A stretch of 64,000 bases of DNA from Hypanus sabinus (Eukaryota), in assembly GCF_030144855.1 (NCBI RefSeq), contig NW_026779168.1, positions 1 to 64,000 of the forward strand. The letters run 5' to 3'. Numbering within the stretch: position 1 is the first letter of the stretch; the number at the start of each line of letters is the position of its first letter. The position numbers and the translations under genes are program-made. Of the stretch, positions 11,331 to 24,704 are shown in pieces. Below the pieces are notes generated by a model. It worked only from the letters and a program-made list of their open reading frames with translations, searched no databases and was not told the DNA's origin.

Positions 11331-11789
11331 TTTCATCATTACCACTGGCCGTTCCTGGCCGACTTGGTGCCCAACAAAATAGTCCCGTCTGCTGCGTCTG
11401 TTCCATCTCCTCTGGGGATGAATTAGCTTGAATAGTCACATTGGTACAGGAGCTGAAGGCTATTTTTCCCGTTGTAAGAGTCTTTGATTAAATCTTTCTT
11501 ATTTCGTACTTAGCTACAATGTATTTTAACTTTGTATAATTACACAGGGTGTAGCGTTTGGTCAATTAACGGGAAATAAGGTGGATAATTTCCTCAGAAC
11601 CTGTTTGGATATACTGCAGATTATTGAGAGAGGTAGAGGACTGGACCAATATATTTGTTTTCTCTCCAGTCAAAACTAAGATCCCAGAAAAGTGACCATA
11701 AGTGTTTTAAGTAGGGGTGGATCATCCTGGAAAATATAAACTCACGCAGTGGTAGTAACGTTTTTGAAAACGATTCTTAGGGATAGGTT

Positions 11790-12425
11790 ATAGAGTTACG
11801 GAACACCACATCGATAAACAGACCCACCGGCTCTTCCAATCTGTGATGACCAGTTTTCTGGCCGAGTCCTATCGAGCTGCACCAGAATCATAACCTTTCA
11901 TACGCCTGCCGTCCATGTAGCTATCCAAATGTCTCCGGCTTTCAGCACTTTCTCTGGCAAATCCACACTCACACTGCTTTCTGAATTAAGAATCTCCATC
12001 TCATCTTCCCCTTAAACAATTCACCTTTTACACTTAACTTATGACCTCTTCTTCTGGTCTCGCCCAAGCTGAGGTGGCAAAACTAGATAGGTGCCAGATA
12101 GATAGATAGGTGGCCCAAACTGCACACAATACTATAGTATTGTCCTCACTAATGTCCTTTACAACCCCAACATAACATTCCAATTCGTGTTAACAGTACT
12201 TTTATTAATGAAGGCCAACGTGCCAAAAGCTCTCTTCATGACTCCACCTTGACGTACGGGAATATTCCCAGATCTGTCTGTTCTCCGCAGACCACAATCC
12301 CCTACCAGTCACTGTGTAACTCCAAGCAGGTTATTCCTGGCAAAGTGCAACACCTCACAATGAGCCACATTATATGCTAGCTGCAAAATATTCAGCCCAT
12401 TTATCCAGCGCCTGCAGTACCCACT
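11790..12425 (-). mobile_element. CR1 LINE decayed 3' fragment
   Basis: The reverse complement contains CEVLHF and YCVQF-like CR1 RT C-terminal motifs. Confidence 0.6.
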
Positions 12426-13815
12426 GACGTCACACTCTGTTCTCTGACTGGGAACGACTTATCAAGTTTACCAGTCGGAAACTGCTTTAACTTTTTGTAA
12501 GGCCTCTGGATATGACACACAACTGTACTTAGCGCGTTGAACTGCAACTGCCTCTATTTTCTCAAGGCAACATAGTAACTATTTTCGCCTCTCCACCTCT
12601 CTCGTGACTGACGTTCAGATGAACTATTTGAACGACAGGCAGCTCAGCCAGTGACAGCAGTGGACAGCGGTGGGTCTGAACTAAGATTGGCCGGGTGGAA
12701 ATCTATGCCATACTCAGTCACTCCTCTTCCACTCCATCACCCTGGCGGAGTGCAGCGAGTTGCTGCTATCGGTGGTATTAAGAAAAGACACAAAATTACA
12801 CTGAATTACAAAATACCTAATTAGTGCAAAAATGACTCATCAGTTAGGGTTCTAGATTTTACCTTAAGTACATGCGCTCTGGAATTACACTTTTCCTCCT
12901 CAGTGACGAAGATACATGTTGTCCACTCTCTCTGTGCTTCTCATATTCCAATAAACTTCTCCCAGATACCACTCAGGCTCTGCCGCTCCAGATAAAAAAA
13001 AATCCCTAAGTTTTTCAAACTCTCCTTATCCAGTCAGAATCCTGGCAAACCTCTCTATACACCGTCCAAAACCGCCATATTTACCTATAATAGAATCGCA
13101 GCGCTTCACATGCGATTAAACTAGAGATTTATAAAACTGCAAAATACAGTATCTAACTGACACTGGAACCCAGTGCCTCGACTACTAAAGACAGGCAGTC
13201 CCGACACCGCCTTTACCACCCACCCTGAGTAGCTGCTTTCAAATCCCACACTGGGATCCGCCACAATCCCGCTTGATGTCCTGCGGAGTCCTCCAGCACT
13301 AACTATCCTTTGTATAAAATGCTAACGGGAACTGAATGCAATATTTCAGGAGACATACCAGGTCGGGCTCCATCTAATGAGCGGACGTTTTGAATGATTC
13401 CCTTCACTTTCAATATCGCCACCGGCACTTGCAGGCCGAAATGGATGCCCACCAGGATAGACCAGGGATCACCATTGCAAACTTTTGACTGCATTTTTCA
13501 AGCTTATTGATATTTTTCCTGCCTTCGCCGATTCCTCTGCTCTCTTCAGAGCACAATCTCCTACCATTCACCCTACTCTGGTTGTTCCTGGCAAAGTGCG
13601 AAAACTCACATTGCTCCACATTTCATTGCAGCTGTAAAATCTTTAGCCGTTTGATCCAGCTGTGACAGGCATCTTCAACTTTCGATAATCTACTTCGCTG
13701 TCCACTCGCGCTCTGAATCTAGGTGCCGTCTGTAAATCCAGTTTACCATATTACCACTGAAATCCAATTACTTAAAGTGGCAAGCAAGAGTTTGTGCACC
13801 CCCGGTCAAAATGTC

Positions 13816-16800
13816 TGTTACTGCGAATCGCTTAGTGATTAAAAGAGAAACTGGTCGGCAAAAGTCATAAGGTGAAAGGTGAAGCTGACACTGTCCATTC
13901 AGGCAATCGCCTACCTGGCTATTTCCCTCAGGAATTGGGCCTCAATCACTTCGTTTAGTTCCCATTTCATTTCCAAGTTCCACTAACTGCAAACACCTGC
14001 TGTCCATCAGCAAATACGGTGTAAAAACCTCGTTATCACAACAAGGAGCTGCCGCCTCGTTGGTCGACTCGTGTTTGAGTAACCTCGTTCCATGGTTCTT
14101 AGGGCGATCAGTTCTCAGTCCAGAATCGCTCCTGAATTCTGTGCTAAGACAATGACTGCGGGTAAAGAATCCCTTGGCACCAATTTCACGCTGGCTACGA
14201 AGGTAACGGCTTCCGACTCGGCCTCTGCGCCCATGTTCAGCACTTGGGTTCGTTCCGCTGCCACGTCCTTGCAACAGAACAAACTGGCCACGATGAACCC
14301 AGCGGACACGTTCCCGTACAACAGGCACTGGCCAGCCAGGGTTACCTAAAGGGCGCCCACGACCAACTACTTCGGGAGATCACGGAAAACCTTGGGACAC
14401 TGACCACAAATGTGCAGAAGGTGTGAACAAGTGGACGGGGTCTCCATTTCTTTTTCTCTTTCCCCTCCAAGTACGCCGGCTACATAAACCGCACCGCTCG
14501 GGATGGCTTCGCCCCCGGATTCAGCGACACCATCTCCTCGAGAGCCGTATATACCCGAGCCTGAACCCTACGCCGGGACCTAGGTAGGTGCCGAGCCTTC
14601 CTGTCACAATGCTCCCTCATCTGTGAGCTGCAGCCGCGTATCTACACTTCCGATAAACCAAAGATTGCGTACATCATGGGGCTGCTACGAGGGGATGGTT
14701 TGGCCTGGGCAACCGCGAGATGGGATAAGCGACCGGAGGTTTGATCCTCCTTCTCCTCCTTTGTCCCTGAAATGACGAGAGTCTTCGAACAATCCACTCG
14801 CGGAAAGGAACCCGCGAAACGGTTGCTTACTCTTCGTCAGGCTTCGCGAAGTGCGGCCAGATATTCCACTGAGTTCCCGACCTTAGCCGCAGACTCCGGG
14901 TGGAATAACGAGACCCTGAGGGAGGCGTTTCGACAGGCCCTCTCGGACCAGATAAAGGATGCGTTGGCCGCGGGGGACGACGCGGACTGTCTGGACTCTC
15001 TGATCTCGCCAGCCATTCGATTGGATTATCGGCTTCAGGAGCGTCTGGGAGAGAGAAAACCAGACGCCCCGCTGCTCGGGGAAGCTCACTGTCCACCTTA
15101 CCAGTCACAACCAGCCCTCCTTACCCAGCCGCTCCCAGTGTGGCTCCTGCCACGACCGTTCCCACCCCACTGGGGGAGGAACCGATGCAGCTGGGACGGA
15201 ACCGTCACTCCCCGGCCGAACGAACTCGGAGGCGGAGACATGGGGATTGCTACTACTGTGGCAGGCCAGGACATTTCCGGGATATCTGCCCTCAAGCGGC
15301 CTAAAGGGAGGGCATCAGTGAAAAAGGGTTGTCCTGGTGAGCCGGACGAGACTCCCTTCAGCCCCCAGACTCGGATGCAGATCCTGGCTACCGTGAATTA
15401 CCAACGACAGTCTCTGTCCCTGTCCGCTTTGGTGGATTCCGGCGCCGCAGGCAATCTGCTGGACGAAGACATAGTCTCACAGGCTGGAATACCTGGCGAG
15501 CCGCTAACTACCCCGCTGAAGGCCCGGGCCCTGGACGGAAAACTGCTGGCTCGGGAGACACACTGTACGCCGCCCATGACCTTGATCCATGTCCGGCAAT
15601 TCCTCCAGAGACTAGTGGAAAACCAGTTATTTGTGAAGGCGGAGAAATGTGAGTTCCACGTTCCTTCGGTCAGCTTCCTAGGTTATATCATCGAGAGCGG
15701 GCAGGTGAGAGCCTGAGAAGATCCGGGCAGTGGATGAATGGCCTAGGCCCACGGTCCGCAAACAACTTCAACGATTCCTGGGGTTTGACAATTTCTACCG
15801 CCGATTTATCAGGGACTGCAGTCGAGTGGCGGCCCCCCCCCTTACCCGGAGTAACCTCGCCTACCCCCTTCTGTTGGGACTCCGAAGCCGACTCGGCATT
15901 CACCGACCTAAAGAGGCGTTTCACCACCACTCTCATTCTGGTCCATCCGGACCCAGCCCGTCAATTCATTGTCGAGGTGGACGCCTCAGACTCCGGGATA
16001 GGAGCAGTCCTGTCCCAACCATCAAGTTCGGACGAAACGCTTCACCCTGCGCCTTCTGTCCTCGCCGAATGTCTCCCGCCAAGCGGAATTACGATGTGCG
16101 GAATCGGGAACTCCTGACGGTCAGAGCAGCATTGGAAGAATGGAGGCAATGGCTGGAGAGGGCAGAACAACCGTTTGTGGTATGGACTGATCATAAAAAC
16201 TAGGCGTATATTCAGACCGCCAAACGTTTGAACTCTCCGCCAGGCTCATTGGTCATTATTTTACGGACCGTTAAAGTTTTCCCGCAAGAACGGGAAGCCG
16301 GACGCGCCGTCCCGTCAATACAACCAAGGAGGACACTTCCAGCCCAGAGGCTGTCCACCCACCACCCTGCGTGGTTGCCACCCTCACTTGGGAGATGGAT
16401 TCCAAATTAAACGGAGCCCAACGGGATGACACCGCCACCGGCAATCGGCCCATCGATCGCCTGTATGTGCCCGTTTCCGTCGGGTCCCAGGTTCTCCAAT
16501 GGGGCACCTGCCACCCCGGGACTGAGAGGTCCCCGCTGAAAAAGCGGCCGTCCATGGAGGCGGATCCCCGTTCCTATGTCTCGGCATGTTCCATCTGAAT
16601 CCGGGGAAAAGCCTCTCATCCTCTCCGTCCTCTCCCTGGTCGTCCCTGGTCACACATCGCCAGATACTTCGTCCCCGGTCTACCCCCTTCACATGAGAAC
16701 ACCCCCGGACTCACCGAGGCAGACCGATTCTCCAAGGCGGTGCGCTTCGTTGTTCTCCCTGAACTCCCTTCCTCTCAAGAACCCGCAGATCCTCTCGTCC

Positions 16801-16990
16801 GTCTTCCGCCTCCATGGAATCCCCGCGGACATCGTCTCCGATCGAGGTCCCCAGTTCGTCTCACAGGTATGGGCCTTCTGTCAAGCCTCAAGTGCATCGG
16901 TCAGCCTGTCATCCGGCTTCCACCCCCAGACGAACGGGCAGGCGGAACGACCTGGAGGAGACGCTATGTTGTGTAAAGGCAAACAACACG
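13816..16990 (+). mobile_element. Gypsy/Ty3 (sushi-like) LTR retrotransposon, degenerate; 5' LTR 13816-14276
   Basis: LTR TGTTA...CAACA. Gag starts MNPAD (~14293) with a CYYCGRPGHFRDIC zinc knuckle (~15245-15290). Protease ALVDSGA, RT C-terminus [15 protein letters not shown], RNase [17 protein letters not shown] and WTDHKN, integrase IVSDRGPQF and [10 protein letters not shown]. Runs into the N gap. Confidence 0.93.
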
Positions 16991-17758
16991 NNNNNNNNNN
17001 NNNNNNNNNNNNNNNNNNNNNNNNNNNNNNNNNNNNNNNNNNNNNNNNNNNNNNNNNNNNNNNNNNNNNNNNNNNNNNNNNNNNNNNNNNNNNNNNNNNN
17101 NNNNNNNNNNNNNNNNNNNNNNNNNNNNNNNNNNNNNNNNNCACCAAAACATGCTACGGGATCGTGTAGGTTTTTACATTATGAAATGGTTGAACAGATG
17201 CTATTTCAGGGTGAAACATATCAGGAAAAAAATCATACAGACTTCATTGAAATTTTGGTTGGCTTAATTGATTTCACTTAATCGTTTTCATAAGTCATGG
17301 GGTGATTTTAATTTAATTCGCAGTATTGTGTTTCATTACGTATATACAAAGGGAATGCGTCTTTCGGTTTCAGTGTCCTAATTTTGCCTTTCAATAAACG
17401 AGATAGTGGAGACCGGTGTCTACATTGGGTTAGAAAATGAGTATCTGAATCGACCCGCGCCGTCTTGTGGGAATGTGCGTCAGTGACGTTGGTGAACGGA
17501 ATGGGAATAGACGGACATATCCGCAGACGAATGTGCGGGTGGCATTCCGGAGTAGTTCTTTGCCTGGCATCTGGAGGGAAGAATGAGGTTCTGACTCTCT
17601 TGGACGGTGCTTTGCCCCTCCCCACACACACTATCTTAACGTCCCGGACTGCCGGTCGATGGGACAATACGCTCGGGAATAACAGTTGGGAGATCAGGCG
17701 GTGAATCTGAGGATCTGGAGCCCGGACTGGAGACTCTGCCGCCGCCTCTGGTGAGTAC

Positions 17759-18666
17759 TCAGGTTGCGGCGCCTTTAATCAACTGAATCATCAAAGTGAC
17801 GGGATATTTCACCGCGCTGATCACCTGCTCCCTGAATTTCGACTGAGTCACCGCGTAAATAAATGTGTTTGTGCAGCAACTGAAGTCCATAAGGAAAAAC
17901 CCGACGTAGTGAAAGATCAATTCAGAATCACTGAAATCGAATCTTTTTCCTGAGACCTGATAATATATGACATTTACAACCATTGTCATCCACAGGAGGA
18001 TGAAGCTGCCGGAGATGGTGAAGAGTAAAACCACAGACCTCCTCCTGCTCTCCAGCTCCGGGTCACTGCGGTTCTCCCCCTTGCTCTGACCCTTCAGTCC
18101 CCTACGGACCCGACTGGCCACTAAAATGTGTCTGACTGTCAGAGCGTTGTGCAGCAGGATCCCAGCGAAAGGGAGGAACGGAGTTAAGACCGTATCGAGC
18201 CAGTCATATCCCACCCACCAGGGGTCAGTGAAATAATTGTCCTTGGTAACACAGAGCCACGGTACATAGTCGATGATCACTCTGGGTTCCCGTACATAGT
18301 ATCGGGGAACGCTTCTCAGACAGGACAGTACGCCGGTTGCTGTTAGAACCACAGCCGCAGTTTTCCCGGTGCAATATTTTGATTTCAGTTTCTGGCAGCA
18401 AATGGCGACAAACCGGTCAAAGGTGAAAGCGACGGTGAACCAGACAGAACAGTGTGTGGCCGTGTAGCTCAGTACATCGAGAACACTACACACAGGGGTA
18501 ATGCCCAGAAAACTCCACGGGAAGTAAAACACTCTGATTCGAATCAAAATGACGCTGGTGACAATGATCAGTAGATCGGCCGCTGCCATGGGCACCAGGT
18601 AGCGAGTGGTGCAGGTAGAGAGGCCGCACTTTCCCCGGGACAGGATCACAATCGCCACTACATTCA
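17759..18666 (-). CDS. GPR139-like: GPR139-like class A GPCR, gene B, coding exon 2 (spliced product ~324 aa)
   Basis: ORF 17759..18667, close paralogue of gene A. Acceptor (CT)n-CCAG at 18667-18668 on the minus strand. Exon length 908 nt, same as genes A and C. Confidence 0.92.
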
Positions 18667-19565
18667 CTGGAGAGAGAGAGAGCAGACACTGGGCATTACT
18701 GAAAACATTCTCCGTGAATTAACATGGGATCGGGCTTTCCCTAAATCTCCGGAGTGCTGGAGCCTGTAAACGGCTGAAAATCTAAGACCAGAAATGGGTC
18801 GCACTGTCTCTGACCTGTCCTCTTCTGACCTGTCCTCTTCAGTGTGAGGATAAGACGATGTGTGGGAAATCGTTGGCGATATAAACGGTCTGCATGAACA
18901 ACAACGATCGGTGCTGATCCCCATTCCAGTCGCTGATGCGGCCAGTTTCACTGAATTAACTGTGACTGACCAGGACTCTGGAAAATCCGCATCTGATGAG
19001 GCCGAGAAGGGATACAGAGAGGAGCAACACACACAAAACTGGAGGAACTCAGCAGGTCAGGCAGCTTCCATGGAATTGAATAATCTTTCTTTTCGGGTCG
19101 AGACCCTCCTTCACAGACCCTCCGTGAACACAGGTTCAGGTGATCAAACCCAATGACTGACCAACAGACAGTGAGATCCGACTGTGACAGACTCCACGGG
19201 AAGACGTGAACCGCAGGACTAGGGTTTCCCTCTGATCAATAACTTAGGAAATGTGTACTTCAGAATGCAAACATCTCTCTCTTCCCGGAGAGATCCCTGG
19301 CCCCGGCACTGGGACATCTCTGGACAAGGTGTCATTCAAGGCAGGAACAGCGTTCTGTTCGATCCCGTGAGTTAGAGGGGAAACACAAACTTAGTTCCAC
19401 TTGTTATTAAATATGAAAATTCAGGATGTGAAGTTGACAGGATCGATATCTCTGCAGGTTATTTGTGTAAGGATGATCAGTTTGTAAGCTTGTAACATCA
19501 TCTTAAACAGTTTCACACAGGTTAACACACAGAAATACCGAACATGAAATGTTCTGCTCACTCAC

Positions 19566-19632
19566 CAGGAACTCCAATGACGGCAATGAACATGTAGAAT
19601 ATTTTCACCGCATTGATATAACTATCGACCAT
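19566..19632 (-). CDS. GPR139-like: GPR139-like gene B, coding exon 1 (MVDSYINAVKIFYMFIAVIGVP)
   Basis: ATG at 19632, 22 codons plus 1 nt, phase-1 donor G|GTGAGT at 19565. Homologous to exon 1 of gene A. Confidence 0.85.
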
Positions 19633-20327
19633 TGCAGACGTTTTCTCTGGCCGGTGATTTGTCTCTTTGTGCGACAGACAATCTCTCGGAATGAGGCGGT
19701 GAGGCACAACATGCCTGGGGTTTTTAAAGCCATTTAGCAATTCCAGTGGGTCAGATTTCAACATATTGACAAATAAAGGTTTTTAAATTATTTACAAACG
19801 AATTACGTCAGACAGGTGCAACCCCTGCGATGACAGATTGGGAATAAATTAATGAATAATATTTAGATCATTTGTGGCAGTTAATTTGTTACAACAAATG
19901 TGACTGAACCGTCCGAGGTGTCTTATCAATTAAATCTGCTTCCACTGGAAATATGTAGTGCAAAGGAACCAGTTGTCTGACAGAGAATATTGAAGTAAAT
20001 TATGTCATTGTGCCTGTGAAATTGTACTCAGTCACCTACTGTTACCATTCTCCTCAAGAGTGTAAACTCTTGATGTAGTTTGTGCTTGTGGGACTCTACT
20101 GAGAGGCCTCGAAGAAAATATCTGTTTGTGTTGACGAATAAACACAATTTCATATCTGCTAAATCCTCCAATGGCTTCAGTGACTTAGTCACACACAGAT
20201 CATTTGGGGGCTCATCCAGGACCAATCCCTAACCCGAACACATGCCATGAAATTGAGTAGTCCAGAGGATGGGGGAGGGGTATGTTTAAATCATGTCACT
20301 CCGTAGTTGTCACAGAACACGGTAGGA

Positions 20328-20329
<2 letters not shown>

Positions 20330-20407
<78 letters not shown>

Positions 20408-20412
20408 GTCTG
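20330..20412. repeat. (TG)n/(TGTC)n microsatellite
   Basis: Directly visible. Confidence 0.95.
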
Positions 20413-20579
20413 TCTATGAGTGTTAGTGTGCGTCAGTGTATTTCTGTGTCTGTGTCTCTACTTGTCCCTGCCCGACTATATACGTGCCCGTGCACCTCCA
20501 ATTCAGTTTAACCCCCGAGGTTCAACCCCTTCCCGTCTGTCTCCGCAATGCAGATGTTCTCGAACTCTCATCTCAAACG

Positions 20580-23440
20580 CTTCACAAATGGCTGCTGAAT
20601 CGTAACAAAGTAAGAACAGAGGCCAAATTTCAAATTGCATTTATTATTAACGTATGTGGAAATAAAACAAACTTGAGACTCGTCACAGCTCAATTTCAGC
20701 AGTCACCCCCGCATGCACATTATATTTTCACCGAGCAAAAACCATTTCACAAAATACTTACCTCAATTTAAAAAACAAGAACAGAAGACAAAATGCATAT
20801 TGAATGTATTAATATTTCATTAAAAATGGAACAACCTTGAGATCTGACACACCTCCATATCCACCAGCTCCCCCAAGCTAGCGCTCACCCCCGAATTCGC
20901 AAACACCTCAACAACAGATTCACAAATCTGTGCTCACTGGCAAAACTGCCTTGAACCCTCAAATCAGTGTGCACCCAAAAAGCAACAGACACCCGAGAAT
21001 TCCAGTGCACTAACACATTCACTGACTTACCCCTCAGTCTGTGCTTATCCTCAAAGCAACATTTACCACCAAATCTGAATGCACCCCGAGATTCACCGAT
21101 AAGTCCCGAAATATGCGCACATCCGCAAATCCATGCGCACCCCAAATCCGTGCTCACACCTACACATTACACTATCACAGATCAGGATTCACTTCAACCA
21201 CTCTACAAATTAGATGCGTCCACCTTAAAAGTAGCAAGAGCAAGTTTAAATTGCAAACACACGCACACATGCTCGTATAAACATTGACATCACCTTAGCT
21301 CTTCACACCTCACCAAACTTATCTTTATCATTGGGTTTCCCAAATCCACCGAGTCGTTGACAAACCCCTTGACTGCTCACATCCACAAATCCCTGTGCAG
21401 CCCCAGATTCACCAAAGCATCCCTAAGTCAGAGTAATCCTCAAATCTATGTGCACCCCCAAATCCGAGCCCACTCCGAATCCACAGACATCCCCAAATCC
21501 ACCGACAATTCCAGATCTGTGCGGAGCACAAACCTGCTGACACCCCCACATACAAGTTACATTATCTCAGAGCAAGGATCATTTCAAGCAGTTCTCAAAA
21601 TATCTGCCTCCATCCTGAAAAATAGCAAGAACAGAGGTTAAGATTCAGGTTGCATTTATTCTGAAAGTTTGTATCAATGAATCAAATTTGACAAACTCGG
21701 AATCCACCGGGATTCCCAAATCTGCTCTAATCTGTAAATCTGTGTGTTCTCCCAAATCTGTGCACACCCACAAAGCCGCATGAACCACAACTCAGTGTTC
21801 GCTCACAAATCAGTGTGAATCCCCAGATCCATACGCACCCCAAACCTGCCGACACTCCCAAATCCATCTACATACCCAGATCCGTGCGCACCCCAAACCT
21901 GCCGACACTCCCAAATCCCCCTACATATCCGGATCCGTGCGCACATCAAACCTGCCGACACTCCCAAATCCACCCACATACCCAGATCCGTGCACACCCC
22001 AAAACTGCCGACACTCGCAAATCCACCTACATACCCAGATCCGTGCGCCGACCAAACCTGCCGTCACTCCTAAATCCACCTACATACCCATATCGGTGCG
22101 CACCACAAACCTGATGGCAACTCCCAGAGTTGTCATTTGAAACAAATCACAAAATAGCTGTCTCCACCTTAAATCAAATAGCAAGAAAACAGTTCAAAGT
22201 TCAAAGTTTATTTATTATTAAATGAAACATTATTGAGATTCATCACATCCCCAAATCCAAGGTCACCCCAATCTGTGTGCATCCTCAAATCCGCCGACAC
22301 ACCCAATTCTGTGCGGTGCCTCAGATAGATTTGCTCTCCCAAATCCCTGTGCACCTTCACACGCCCAAAGTTGTGTGCACCCCGAAATTCACTGACACTC
22401 CGAAATCAGTGTGCACACCCGTATTCGCCAACATGCCCAGAAATCAGCAAGTCAATGTGCAGATCCATTGTGTACCCCCAAACCCACTGAAATCGCCACA
22501 GACTCATCAGAGCTTCCGAGAGCAAAACTCATTTCAAACAGTTCTCGAAATAGCTGCCTCCATAATAAAAAAAGTTCAAAGTTCATAATGTTTTCATGAT
22601 TAATGTATCATTGTGTGTCTGCATCTTTGAATTTTATATAAGGTCCCGTGTGTGTCTTTGTGTCAGAGTGTACCTAGCAGACAACGCTGGCGCGTTGTCG
22701 TGACGGATTGGCGACTGAGAACACTTGGCTGGGACAACAGAGGGATGTGTGTACACTGCTTCGGGGAACTATACAGCATTGCATTGTTTGTAACGGATAC
22801 AGCGATATCATGGGCTTAACTCTGAGGAGATTGAACAGGGAATGAAAGAGTGAACCTTTGAGGAGCGTTTGATGGTTCTGGGCAAAATAATGAGGGAGAA
22901 ATCAGCTTGAAACCTATCGAATATTGAATGCACACGGAATGGGAGACAGTGGAGACCTGGAGAGGTAGGAGTGATTCGGCGGCTGATCTTGCTTGACGGA
23001 TGTGCTAAGATTTAGGGCTATGGATGTGAAGGGTGGGTGCACAGGAATTGTTTTCGGGGTGCACACTGATTTAAGGATTGTATGCGCGTTTGCCAGTGAG
23101 CACAGATTTGTGAGTTCACACTGATTTGCACAGAGTTGGGTGAGTGGGCGGATTCGGGGGTGCACACTGACTTGTGGGAGCCTTTGGATTTCGTGCGGTA
23201 TCGAATCTCAAGGTTCTTCCGTTTATACAGACTTCAATAATAAATGCAATATGAACTTTGACTTCTGTTTTTGCTTTTGTGAAATGGAGACAGCCGATTT
23301 GTGAACTATTTGAAATTATTCCTGCTCTGTGCGTTGGGGTGTCTGCTGATCCGGCCAGGTGACGAGTATCAAGGCTGTTTCATTTGCACATAAAATAATA
23401 ATAATTGCAATTTGAATTTTGACCTCTGTTCTTGATTATT
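20580..23440. repeat. Composite minisatellite arrays between gene B and the orphan exon 1
   Basis: Mirror image of 3940-6640. Confidence 0.7.
21822..22112 (+). repeat. 53-bp tandem repeat, ~5.5 copies
   Basis: Unit CCCAGATCCGTGCGCACCCCAAACCTGCCGACACTCCCAAATCCACCTACATA starts at 21822, 21875, 21928, 21981, 22034 and 22087. Confidence 0.92.
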
Positions 23441-24637
23441 GGGCAGAATGGCCTATTTCTGCTCCTAAATCTTTTGGTGTTTTGGTCTTATAACAGATTC
23501 CCGAGACACGGCATTGGTGACCGTCCTCCATGCAGAATATGACCCGTCTACACCACTCTTTGCTTACTGTGGTCATGCCAGTTCTGGATCCACAAAGCAA
23601 TGTCCATTTGGATCCCATGCCTCCTTAGTTTCTCAATAAGCTTTGCATGGGGAACCTTATCAAATGCCTAGTGAGATTAAATTAGGGGCATGAACCAAGG
23701 GGGATAAACTGAATTGGAGTCGGACTAGTGTATAGTCATCCACGGNNNNNNNNNNNNNNNNNNNNNNNNNNNNNNNNNNNNNNNNNNNNNNNNNNNNNNN
23801 NNNNNNNNNNNNNNNNNNNNNNNNNNNNNNNNNNNNNNNNNNNNNNNNNNNNNNNNNNNNNNNNNNNNNNNNNNNNNNNNNNNNNNNNNNNNNNNNNNNN
23901 NNNNNNNNNNNNNNNNNNNNNNNNNNNNNNNNNNNNNNNNNNNNNNNNNNNNNNNCCGCCTCTGCGGCTCTGAGTCGTGTTCTTTGACACATACAGGGTG
24001 CTGTGATTAAAACATGCTCCCTCACACTAGACTGGTGAGTTTGCTGGAGATATGTCAGGTTCAGGAGCAGGTCCTGGACGAGCCCCCAAATGTTCTGAGT
24101 ATTACTGAGGCTCTGAAGTCGTTAAGCGCTTCATGGATAGGAAAGTCTTTATTCATCACCACAAACAGACATTATTTTGGAGACACCCTCGGTAGAGTCC
24201 CCTAAACATAACCTTCATCAAGAGTTTCTGGCCTTCAGGAGATTGGTAAGAGTCGGTGATTCAACACAGTTTCACAAGATACAATGACATAATCTACTTC
24301 CATATTCTGTGTCTGACAAATGGTGCATTTGTACAGTGGAAGCACCTTTAGCTGAAGGTTCAGTCACCATTGTTGGGACAAACAAATGGTCCCACAAATG
24401 GTCTAAATATAAATTCATCAGTTTATTCTGAATCTGTCACAGCGAGGATTTCACCTGCTTGACGTAATTGGTTTGTAAGTAAAATAAAAATATTTTCTTT
24501 TAAATCTGTTAAAATCTGTCTCCATGGAGTCGCTAGATGATAGTAAAAACCTCTGGCATGTGTAATCTCAACATCTCATTCCGAGCGATCGTCTGTAGCA
24601 CAGGAGGACAAACCACTGGACAGAGAAAACGTCTGTA

Positions 24638-24704
24638 ATGTTGGATAGGTACCTGAGTGTGGGGAAAATATTGTACGTGTTCATTGCCGTCATTGGAGTT
24701 CCGG
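24638..24704 (+). pseudogene. Orphan GPR139-like exon 1 (MLDRYLSVGKILYVFIAVIGVP), gene D; no cognate exon 2 seen
   Basis: Clear paralogue of the other first exons, with intact ATG and G|GTGAGC donor. Intron homology stops after ~34 nt at a Gypsy LTR (24739). Confidence 0.75.

Larger units (their letters stand above)
17142..24425 (-). repeat. Right arm of ~7 kb inverted segmental duplication
   Basis: For example 23641-23690 rc matches ~3690-3740, and 17142-17300 rc matches ~9715-9870. The inner end is hidden in the N gap. Confidence 0.85.

Noticed and set aside
21822-22112. Regular repeat resembling a CRISPR array
   Set aside because: Head-to-tail tandem units with no unique spacers, no cas genes, and a eukaryotic context.
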